IMG/VR virus record: IMGVR_UViG_3300033149_006567
Coordinates: 1 to 64,000 of that record
Direction: 5' to 3' (one strand)
Length of the DNA: 64,000 bases
Source of the DNA: a virus
Position 1 is the first letter of the stretch, and the number at the start of each line of letters is the position of its first letter. Below are positions 56,294 through 64,000 of this stretch, piece by piece. The notes below the pieces were generated by a model. The model ran no database searches, was not told the DNA's origin, and worked only from the letters and a program-made list of their open reading frames with translations. Made by a program: the position numbers and the translations under genes.

Positions 56294-57235
56294 GTGGAAC
56301 ATACGGCAGCAGTAATTGGTTGCGGCTATTGGGGTCCCAATATAGCTCGTAATTTAGTTGATTTTGCTAACCTAAAATATGTTGTTGACAAAAATCTAGA
56401 GCTTGCTTCTGGAGTTGCAGGAAAATATGAAGGGGTCCAGGCCATAGGGGACGTTCAGGTCGCCCTGGATGATGAAGAAGTTGATATGATTGCGATAGTG
56501 ACTCCTCCATCAACTCATGCTGAATTGACAGAAAGAGCCTTGGCAGCGAACAAGCATGTCTTCGTAGAGAAACCCCTTGCTCATTCAGAAAAAGATGCCA
56601 TGAGGATGCTAAACGTCGCTTTAGAATATCCTTACGCGGTTTGCTGCGTGGGACATACTTTTTTGTTTGTCCCCGAGATAATCAAGATGAGAGAGCTTAT
56701 AAAAAATGGTCTTATCGGAAATATAGACCTTATCAGTGTAAGTCGTTTGAACTTCGGGAAATATCAGGAATGTGGTGTGGCAATGGACTTGTTACCCCAT
56801 GACATTTCTATTATGGAGTTCCTTTTAGACAGAGAAAGTTATCCTTTGGGGATGTCTACTGCTGAATTAGGTGGAATTAGCGTGGTGGGTTCGGCGACTT
56901 TTGGCTTTAAGGGGTCTTCCGCCAGGGGAGCTGCTGCCATGAGCTGGGTACATACCGATAAGACAAGGAAGCTGATAGTCACTGGTAGCCGAGGCGTACT
57001 TGAATTCGACATGAGCATGCCGCATTTTGTTAAGCATTATGTCGGGCGGGATGTTCGGGTGAACCGATCTGGAGATTTACGATTAATTGAGATCGATGAC
57101 CACTCAGAGGCTCTCGCGTCTGAAATGAAGTATTGGATAAGCTTGATAAATAATCCGGGTTCTAAAAATAAGATTAGCTTTACTCGAGGCTACAGTGTGG
57201 TTAAGACCATCGAAGGGTTAAGAGATGGCCCATAG
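56294..57235 (+). CDS. Gfo/Idh/MocA-family oxidoreductase (WbpB/WlbA-like nucleotide-sugar dehydrogenase)
   Basis: VIGCGYWG Rossmann motif, TPPSTH, HVFVEKP, DLLPHDIS; start revised to GTG 56294 after GAGGAGG. Confidence 0.85.
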   Translation: MEHTAAVIGCGYWGPNIARNLVDFANLKYVVDKNLELASGVAGKYEGVQAIGDVQVALDDEEVDMIAIVTPPSTHAELTERALAANKHVFVEKPLAHSEKDAMRMLNVALEYPYAVCCVGHTFLFVPEIIKMRELIKNGLIGNIDLISVSRLNFGKYQECGVAMDLLPHDISIMEFLLDRESYPLGMSTAELGGISVVGSATFGFKGSSARGAAAMSWVHTDKTRKLIVTGSRGVLEFDMSMPHFVKHYVGRDVRVNRSGDLRLIEIDDHSEALASEMKYWISLINNPGSKNKISFTRGYSVVKTIEGLRDGP

Positions 57236-57992
57236 GGAAAACATCGTCATTGGACAGGGAGAAACAGGAGCTCCGCTTCTTAAGGTGCTTAAGAGAGGCG
57301 ACTTGGGGGCAGCTGGAGTAGATATCCAAAAGGGTTTTGATGTTAGGGGGGGGACAACCTGTACTTTTCTTCATGTATGCATCCCGGGAGGTTTGGATAA
57401 TTTTGTCGACATAGTGAATGGGTATAAAAAGCGTTTTAGTCCAGATATTATTATTATTCATAGTACCGTTTTTCCTGGGACGACGAGGAAGATAGGTCAT
57501 GTTCCGACTCGTACCTTTCATAGTCCCATAAATGGAAAGCATAAAGAAATGTACGAGGCTCTTCTCCGTCACCCTAAGTTTTTTAGTGTGGCAGAGGAAT
57601 GCTTGGGGTCGATCGCTAAGATAGAAAATCTTTATTCTGGCTGTGGGATGCGTCCCGAATATGTAGAGGGTGGACCTGAAACTACTGAGCTTGGAAAGAT
57701 ATTGGCCACTACGGCATATTACTATAATATCGTTTGGGCCCAACAAGTCCAGGCTATTTGTGAGGAGCTGGGAGTAAACGAGAAAGAGGCGAAAAAGTGC
57801 TATGAGCTTATTGAGTCCTCCGACTATACCATGAAGGGAAAGTTCGCCGGAGCAGTTGGGGGGCATTGTTGCCGCGAGAACGTCTGGCTTCTTGAGGAGG
57901 GTGGCGTATCTTCGGATCTCCTTGACTACCTTTCTAGGTCAGACGAAGATTTTCGAATAAGACATAAAATAGACCCTGATTGGCGTCGGTAA
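57225..57992 (+). CDS. Short UDP-glucose/GDP-mannose dehydrogenase-family protein
   Basis: VIGQGETG, IIHSTVFPGTT, TELGKIL and GGHC motifs; appears to lack the usual C-terminal domain. Confidence 0.75.
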   Translation: MAHRENIVIGQGETGAPLLKVLKRGDLGAAGVDIQKGFDVRGGTTCTFLHVCIPGGLDNFVDIVNGYKKRFSPDIIIIHSTVFPGTTRKIGHVPTRTFHSPINGKHKEMYEALLRHPKFFSVAEECLGSIAKIENLYSGCGMRPEYVEGGPETTELGKILATTAYYYNIVWAQQVQAICEELGVNEKEAKKCYELIESSDYTMKGKFAGAVGGHCCRENVWLLEEGGVSSDLLDYLSRSDEDFRIRHKIDPDWRR

Positions 57993-58706
57993 ATGCGGAA
58001 GTACTTCAAGGTGTACGGTCTTCAGAGAACTGGGACCAATTATATGCATCGTCTTTTGGCTAAGAATTTCAAGGTCGGTCCACTTTGGGAGAAGACGTAC
58101 ATATCGCACAAAGACATGTACAAGCATGCTCCCCCAGGGGCGATTGTCGATAGGCTCCTAGAAGGCGCCATACCTCCGTTCAGCAAGGATAATGTATTTT
58201 TTGTTGTTATGGTGAAGCATCCCTATTCTTGGTTGGTAAGTCGCATGCGATTGGCCAAGAAAACTATTGAGGGAAACGAGGGGGAGGCTCTGGATAGACT
58301 GAAGGAATATAATCTCAAGTACAGAGAGTGGCTTCGATTCCTCTTTTGTAAGCCTTCTTGTTCCATTCTGGTTCGATACGAAGATTTAGTCAAAAATTAC
58401 AAGGCACCTCTGGGGATTTTGCAGGCAGCCTTTAACCTAGAAATGACTGGAGACTCGCTTGAGAATGTTCGGGGGGTTATGCGGAAAAATAATACGGAAG
58501 ACAAGGGTCAGTTATTTGATGTCAATTATTATCTTAAGAAGTTTTACCTGGAAGAATATCCGGAGCAATTTAAACGCCCTGTTTATCGAGCGATAGATTG
58601 GGGTGTAGTGCGTGAGCTGGGATATCGAGATGCATTACGTAAAGATATTTGGGGCTCGTCGGACGGCGACGAACTATTTGACGGTTTTGCTCCCCCTCAA
58701 TTTTGA
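57993..58706 (+). CDS. Sulfotransferase-like protein
   Basis: GLQRTGTNY (5'-PSB loop), VKHPYSWLVS (3'-PB) and VRYEDL motifs. Confidence 0.75.
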   Translation: MRKYFKVYGLQRTGTNYMHRLLAKNFKVGPLWEKTYISHKDMYKHAPPGAIVDRLLEGAIPPFSKDNVFFVVMVKHPYSWLVSRMRLAKKTIEGNEGEALDRLKEYNLKYREWLRFLFCKPSCSILVRYEDLVKNYKAPLGILQAAFNLEMTGDSLENVRGVMRKNNTEDKGQLFDVNYYLKKFYLEEYPEQFKRPVYRAIDWGVVRELGYRDALRKDIWGSSDGDELFDGFAPPQF

Positions 58707-59259
58707 TATTGAAATCGTCAAGGGTCTTTCTTTTAAGCACAACCCTCCCACAGGTCGTTTCGTGGGGGCGATGAAGTCTGATTCTGGGAGACTCAATAAA
58801 ACTTCTCTGTGTGCTATTGTTATGGTTAAACATCCATATCCCTGGGTACTTAGTCGAGCTAGATTTGCCAACATAAAAAAAATGAGAATGGGACGACACG
58901 AGTCTTTTCTCGAGAAATTTATCGCAGATTATAATTTGAAATATAAGGCTTGGCTGGATTTCATTAGTAAGTTTCCCGAAAATACCTCCTTGGTTCGTTA
59001 TGAGGATTTGCTCGATCATCCCAAGAAAGCCACCCTTAAACTCATGCGAAAATTCGGGTGGAAACTTAAAAAGAGTTGGTTTCGAGATATAAAGCAGGTT
59101 GTGGCGCCGGGAGAGATAATTAGGGAGGGCAGAAAATTTAATAAATTTTATTATACTCAAAAAAGGTATCTAGAAGAGTTGTCCCCCGATATCAGGAAGT
59201 TTCTGAACAAAAAATTTGACTGGAAGATGGCTGGAAAAATGGGGTATAAACCTGAATGA
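58630..59259 (+). CDS. Sulfotransferase-like protein (paralogue)
   Basis: GARRTATNY, VKHPYPWVLS and VRYEDL motifs; start revised to ATG 58630. Confidence 0.75.
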   Translation: MHYVKIFGARRTATNYLTVLLPLNFDIEIVKGLSFKHNPPTGRFVGAMKSDSGRLNKTSLCAIVMVKHPYPWVLSRARFANIKKMRMGRHESFLEKFIADYNLKYKAWLDFISKFPENTSLVRYEDLLDHPKKATLKLMRKFGWKLKKSWFRDIKQVVAPGEIIREGRKFNKFYYTQKRYLEELSPDIRKFLNKKFDWKMAGKMGYKPE

Positions 59260-60032
59260 TACTTCTAGTGACTGGTCCCCCCAGAACGGGTTCTTCTGCT
59301 TTATGTAGAGCCTTGAGCATGCACGACAAGATACTTCTTACCGACGAAATGGGCATTTTTCACGACTACAACTGGAAGCCAAATAAAAAGTATCCCGGAA
59401 AGCTCTTGAATTTTCTTAAAAAGCCTGCCAGGCCATTTTTGTACCCCGTCTTTAAGAAGAAGGGCATCTCCAGGAGCGCCCTAGAGGCCTTTGTCGAGAA
59501 TCAAAAACCTTGTTCGGCTGACGTCCTTAAGTATATGATAAGAAAGAGTAGTCCAAGACCTCTCATAGCTGGAGACAAGTGTCCCTCTAGTTACTTACTT
59601 AGATTCGATGATGTTTCTAGACGAGCCGATAAATTTATTTTTACGATGCGAGACGGCCGGGCAGTTATTGCGTCTCAAGTCAGAAACTGGAGAAGAAATT
59701 TTCGTCTGAATCGGCCTACTGATCATTGGATGAAGCCGTCCATTGAGGGGTCAGTGAAGCTCTGGCTTCGGGACGCCAAGTTGGTTCTGAAATGTTTCAG
59801 AAGGGTCCGAGATCGTGCGATTATTTGCCGATACGAGGATTTTTTTGACGGGAAAACCGATTTGTTCGATTCCATAGGAAGTTTTCTGGAGATTGACGGC
59901 GTGGCCCGGGAGGCTAGGAGGTGGTTTAAGCCCGTTCATTTATCCTCTTGGCAGGATGAAATCCCTGAGATTGATGATAAAATAACAACGGAGTTTAAAT
60001 CTGTGCTCCGTGACTTTGGCTATGAGGTTTAA
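59256..60032 (+). CDS. Sulfotransferase
   Basis: LVTGPPRTGSSAL, DKCP, RDGRAVIAS and RYEDF motifs. Confidence 0.85.
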   Translation: MILLVTGPPRTGSSALCRALSMHDKILLTDEMGIFHDYNWKPNKKYPGKLLNFLKKPARPFLYPVFKKKGISRSALEAFVENQKPCSADVLKYMIRKSSPRPLIAGDKCPSSYLLRFDDVSRRADKFIFTMRDGRAVIASQVRNWRRNFRLNRPTDHWMKPSIEGSVKLWLRDAKLVLKCFRRVRDRAIICRYEDFFDGKTDLFDSIGSFLEIDGVAREARRWFKPVHLSSWQDEIPEIDDKITTEFKSVLRDFGYEV

Positions 60033-60034
60033 TT

Positions 60035-60880
60035 ATGTCTATCGCCGCCCTCTATCGTGTCCATAATGTCGAAAGAATGGACTATCCCTTTGAACAGTCA
60101 GTCCGTCAAACCCTGCTTTTGTGCGATGAGATTTGCGTTGCGGCTGGTTATTCAGAAGATAATACTCTTGAGATTATTCTGAATTTGCAAAAAGAATTCG
60201 GGAAGGATAGGGTTAAGTATGTACAGTACGAGTTTGTGTATAACAGAGAATGGCAAGTGCTTGCCTGGAATAAGGCCCGGAAGCTCACTAAAGCCGACTG
60301 GCTCTTGCTCATAGACGCCGACGAGGCTTTTCACGAGCAAGACATTCCTCGACTTAAGAAAATGCTCAAGAAGACAGATAGGCAATTGGTTAATTTTCCT
60401 ATGTACCACTTCTATGGAACGCCAAATTTTTTAGTCACCGGAGGTCATTTTTACAAGAGGCATACGAGGATGGGTTGTAAGGGAATAAAATTCGGGATGA
60501 AGAACTTCCGTCGCGATGGCAATTTAGCGCCCGTGTGCGATGTTGTGGCGACTCTCGGGGGGCGTGAAAAGAAAGTTCATAGGTATGGTGGACCTGAGAT
60601 GCTTCAAGTCGATATTCCTATTTATCATTACGGATGGGTTCGTTCTGCCGAAGCTATGGGTATGAGACGGGTAAAGGGGCGTGCTTGGTATACAAATGAC
60701 AAGAAGTTTTTCGATGGGCATCTACCTGAATTAAAAAAGCGGTTTAATTATCAAATGAAAAAAAATCGTTCTGTTTATAAAAACTTTAAGGGGACTCATC
60801 CAAGATTTATGAGGAGCTGGTTTGAGAAAGACCCCCACCCCAAAGAATGGGATACCCTTAGGAGGCAGGCCGATGAGTAA
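60035..60880 (+). CDS. GT2-like (GT-A fold) glycosyltransferase
   Basis: SEDNT, WLLLIDADE (DxD) and IYHYGW motifs. Confidence 0.8.
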   Translation: MSIAALYRVHNVERMDYPFEQSVRQTLLLCDEICVAAGYSEDNTLEIILNLQKEFGKDRVKYVQYEFVYNREWQVLAWNKARKLTKADWLLLIDADEAFHEQDIPRLKKMLKKTDRQLVNFPMYHFYGTPNFLVTGGHFYKRHTRMGCKGIKFGMKNFRRDGNLAPVCDVVATLGGREKKVHRYGGPEMLQVDIPIYHYGWVRSAEAMGMRRVKGRAWYTNDKKFFDGHLPELKKRFNYQMKKNRSVYKNFKGTHPRFMRSWFEKDPHPKEWDTLRRQADE

Positions 60881-61625
60881 GCCTCGCGTATCTGCGATCA
60901 TGTTGGTGTTAAACGAGCGCTTTTACATAAAGGCCTCGATGTATAATGCTCTTCAGTTTTTTGACGAGATATTAGTCCTTGACGGAGGTTCTCAAGATGG
61001 AACATTTGAGTTTTTAGAGGAATTTGCCTCTAAATTTTCTAGGGTCAAGATCGAGCAATGGCCTCAAGCTGACGCAAGACATTATCACCCTAGTTGGAAT
61101 CAACCCGCTCGATGGAACAAGCTTATCGAGAAGGCTCGGTTTGATTGGATAGCGGTGCTTGGCGCAGATGAATGTTGGTGTGACCATGCTCGACCTAGAC
61201 GTTTGATAATGAAGTATCAGGATACTCCGGCTTTTGCTTTTCCCAGATATGCCGTTACCGGAAGGCATGAATATACTCCCAATTGGTTTCCAGATTATCA
61301 ACTTCGGCTATTTGACAGGGCTGCCCTCGGGGGAGTTCGTTTCAAAAATATGCCTCGACATTGCACTCCAAAAACCCACATGGGGGCCGGAAGTACTCCT
61401 CCGAAGAAAAATTTTAAGAAATATTATTTAGTTCATTACCATCATGGATTTGGACCCAAAAGACACTCTCTCGGCAAGGGTATGAGAGTTGAAAAACTTC
61501 CTGGCTCTTTCGATCATCCTCGACATGCCCGCAAATATATAATCAACCACCCAGAAAGGGTAGATTTTAAATATGATTTTCGGCTATATGGAAGGGCTGG
61601 GTTTGTCCCCAAGGAGACTCGATAG
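60873..61625 (+). CDS. GT2-like (GT-A fold) glycosyltransferase
   Basis: LNE...DEILVLDGGSQDGT, LGADE and PDYQLRLF motifs; start revised to ATG 60873 after GGAGG. Confidence 0.8.
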   Translation: MSKPRVSAIMLVLNERFYIKASMYNALQFFDEILVLDGGSQDGTFEFLEEFASKFSRVKIEQWPQADARHYHPSWNQPARWNKLIEKARFDWIAVLGADECWCDHARPRRLIMKYQDTPAFAFPRYAVTGRHEYTPNWFPDYQLRLFDRAALGGVRFKNMPRHCTPKTHMGAGSTPPKKNFKKYYLVHYHHGFGPKRHSLGKGMRVEKLPGSFDHPRHARKYIINHPERVDFKYDFRLYGRAGFVPKETR

Positions 61626-62561
61626 ATGGCGAAACCAAAAATCTTAATGATAGTCGGTTTTGATTGGGCCAATGCGGCTTACAAAATGTACGAGGCTATT
61701 AACGAATTTGGAGATGTAGCTTCCATCCGTCTTTGGACTCGGTGGCCCTTTAAGGCACAAGGAAAGCGTAAGGGCTACAAGTATGACATGAAGGGGAATG
61801 AGCAACTTGCCGAGGCAAAGAATCTTGTCAAGGAGGCCGATGTCATACATTTTATAGATAGGGCTCATCCAGCGTTATCAAAGTCTCCCCTGCCAGCATT
61901 GGCTCCTCCCGACAAGAAGGCAATAGTGAGTCTGAATACATCGGCGTGGTATTCGGTGGGACCAGGAAGAGTCAAAAAGCTGTACGGCAAAATTAAAAAT
62001 CGAAACCAAAATTGCTTAATTACCACCCTTACCGCTTCTATGCCTCTTCAGGCTATTCCCTTTAAGTATACTCCGCAACCAATAGACACCAGAAAGATAG
62101 GGTTCAGGGAAAAAGTTTTTTCTCGAGAGAAGCTTGTTGTTGGTCACATGCCATTTTCTGGAAGGTTTGGGAAAAAGGGAACCAGGGAGATACAGGAGGC
62201 ATTAAAAAGATACGAGAAGGCTGAGCTTCGTATTACAACTGGAGCTTCCCAAGAAGAGGCCATCGCTCGGAAAAGAAAGCTTGATGTTCTGATAGATCAG
62301 CTGGTGCTAGGGGCTTATGGCTACAACGCCCTAGAAGCCGCTTGTATCGGCATCCCGGTTATGTGCCATTTAAAAGAGGATTGCTGGCCATTAATTAATT
62401 GTCGGCGAGATGGGACGGATATACCTCAGAAGTTGGATTGGCTACAAGATCGTGCGAAACGGAAAACCGTGGGTAAGAAAACTCGGCGTTGGGTTGAAGA
62501 GACTCATGGTTATCCAGTTATAGGCAAAATGTGGAGTGAAATATACCGTGATTTTTGTTAA
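61626..62561 (+). CDS. GT-B fold glycosyltransferase (GT4-like)
   Basis: VGHMP...KKGT, DVLIDQL..GAYGYNALEAACIGIPV, RRWVEETH motifs. Confidence 0.75.
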   Translation: MAKPKILMIVGFDWANAAYKMYEAINEFGDVASIRLWTRWPFKAQGKRKGYKYDMKGNEQLAEAKNLVKEADVIHFIDRAHPALSKSPLPALAPPDKKAIVSLNTSAWYSVGPGRVKKLYGKIKNRNQNCLITTLTASMPLQAIPFKYTPQPIDTRKIGFREKVFSREKLVVGHMPFSGRFGKKGTREIQEALKRYEKAELRITTGASQEEAIARKRKLDVLIDQLVLGAYGYNALEAACIGIPVMCHLKEDCWPLINCRRDGTDIPQKLDWLQDRAKRKTVGKKTRRWVEETHGYPVIGKMWSEIYRDFC

Positions 62562-63255
62562 ACAATATGGTGAACGAAGAACTTGCACTAATCTTGCAAA
62601 ATATTTTGTGGAGCAGAATACTGTCGGAGTCGAAGTCTTGGCTTCGGTTTTGGGGTGGAAACACGGGTTTCATTCTGGGAAAATAGACTGGAGTGGAGAA
62701 ACATGGGGCGAGGAATATGGTAGGCCGCTTAAAGATCAAGTTAAAAATCTTTTGGAGATAAAAGAGGCTTATACGGCAGGGGAATTGAGATACTTAGTTT
62801 GTGTGAAAGATCCGTATTCTTGGTGTTTATCCTTTGCTCGCTATCAAAGAAAAATAAACCCTGTTGGGTACGTAAGACCTGCTTATTTAAAAAATATCAT
62901 TGGTGTTTGGAACAAAAAGTATTTGAACTGGGAAAAGCTTTTAAATTCTGTTGAATTGAGTTTTTTATTTCGTTACGAGGATTTTCTTCGTGAGCCGAGG
63001 AGCGTGAGAGAGAGGCTGCTTAAGTCTTTATGTCTTCCTGGTAGTCAGAAAAGTTCTCTATCTTTTCCTCAGAAATTTTCCAGGGGAGGGCAGAGGCTTA
63101 ACAAAAAAAACGCTTTTTCTTCTACTGCTTTTGATAGGGATTACTACCTGAATAGGCGGTATATGAAATTCTATAATTCTGATCACAAGGGCATATTCAG
63201 GAAGTGTCTGGATATCGCTCTGGCGAAAAGACTAGGATACACATTGTGCGAGTAG
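62536..63255 (+). CDS. Sulfotransferase-like protein (paralogue)
   Basis: GERRTCTN, GWKHG, VKDPYSWCLS and FRYEDF motifs; start could be GTG 62548. Confidence 0.75.
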   Translation: MKYTVIFVKQYGERRTCTNLAKYFVEQNTVGVEVLASVLGWKHGFHSGKIDWSGETWGEEYGRPLKDQVKNLLEIKEAYTAGELRYLVCVKDPYSWCLSFARYQRKINPVGYVRPAYLKNIIGVWNKKYLNWEKLLNSVELSFLFRYEDFLREPRSVRERLLKSLCLPGSQKSSLSFPQKFSRGGQRLNKKNAFSSTAFDRDYYLNRRYMKFYNSDHKGIFRKCLDIALAKRLGYTLCE

Positions 63256-64000
63256 GTTTTTCAAAAAGAAAGCCCGTAGAGTCTGCGGTGGCTCGAGCTT
63301 TTTCGACTTTAGGACATGAGGTCATTTTTAAAAGAAGCAAGGCTGATTTTGAGAGTTTTGTTCGGAACAATAACCTAGACATTCTTTTTCTGTCTTCTAG
63401 CGCCCCCGTTCCTTCCCCCAAGATTGTCCAAAAATTACAGAATAATTGTCGAGTTATCTACTGGGAGAGAAGGGCTCCTCCAAAAGGAATAGACAATAAT
63501 CGCTATCGATTTAGGAACTATTTTACCATTTATAATGACGGGAGTGGGCGGTATCTTCCTTGCGCAGCGGAAGATCACCTATTTCTTAAGGAGGACGAAA
63601 GGTACGGGGTTTCGCTGGTGGCAAAAGATGTTTTCAAAAAGCCACGGAAGAGACAGCATGAGAAAAGAGTCCGATTGCAGAAGATGATATTCAAAGACGC
63701 ATCGAATAGGTTTACGATGTACGGGGATATTCCCGAGAAAAGATACGATGATCGTTTTGAAATAATGGCGAATTCTGTTTGTTCTATCGGGATTTGGAAT
63801 GCTGACAAAGCGGTTCCTCTTCGATATTTTGAGATAATTTCAACTTCTACGCCATTGATAACCTACCCCTATGAGACATTCAGGAGTCTGTTTGTTCCGG
63901 GGGAGCATTACGTGGAGACAGAGTCTCTTTCCCTGACCCTAGATGCCTTATCTGGAGATAAAGAACGTTTTGAGGCGATAGGTCGAGCGGGTTATGAACA
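63246..64000 (+). CDS. CgeB-like / GT-B glycosyltransferase (partial, runs off the window)
   Basis: Not in the supplied track; GTG 63246 opens VRVGF...LGHEV...YLPCAA...LRYFEI...LFVPGEHYV...EAIGRAGYE with no stop before the edge. Confidence 0.7.
   Translation, partial: MRVGFSKRKPVESAVARAFSTLGHEVIFKRSKADFESFVRNNNLDILFLSSSAPVPSPKIVQKLQNNCRVIYWERRAPPKGIDNNRYRFRNYFTIYNDGSGRYLPCAAEDHLFLKEDERYGVSLVAKDVFKKPRKRQHEKRVRLQKMIFKDASNRFTMYGDIPEKRYDDRFEIMANSVCSIGIWNADKAVPLRYFEIISTSTPLITYPYETFRSLFVPGEHYVETESLSLTLDALSGDKERFEAIGRAGYE

Noticed and set aside
738-63808. Minus-strand and nested alternative-frame ORFs in the track (e.g. 6176..6850, 57201..57866, 58570..59160)
   Set aside because: All are shadows of well-supported + strand genes and show no recognisable motifs.
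1-64000. Stop-codon reassignment as seen in some large phages
   Set aside because: Long genes are intact in the standard code, and TAG, TGA and TAA all terminate genes right before the next start.
1-64000. tRNA, rRNA or integrase/att features
   Set aside because: Intergenic spaces are very short and none showed such signatures.

Overview
All credible genes lie on the + strand and are tightly packed in the standard genetic code. The window looks like the virion morphogenesis region of a large contractile-tailed (myovirus-type) phage or prophage, followed by a glycan-synthesis island. Gene order: LamG/LRR protein, neck and tail-completion proteins, tail sheath, three tail-tube paralogues, two paralogous tail assembly chaperones, a TnpB remnant, a tape-measure-like protein, a 1487-aa protein, a hub with an M23 peptidase, spike/wedge/baseplate-J genes, and many baseplate and fibre proteins. 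From about 50.1 kb, behind its own sigma70-type promoter, there is an operon with a volactin-like actin ATPase, seven glycosyltransferases (one carrying an intein), two nucleotide-sugar oxidoreductases and four sulfotransferases. Highlights: (1) the 1487-aa tail-module protein carries ordered motifs of both barrels of a two-barrel RNA polymerase, with a variant catalytic loop GDKDKD; (2) a T-x-S-G motif recurs in exterior virion proteins next to a sulfated-glycan operon, suggesting virion glycosylation; (3) the actin's upstream partner and the first glycosyltransferase share an N-terminal peptide. All calls are from motif reading by eye; no database searches were run.
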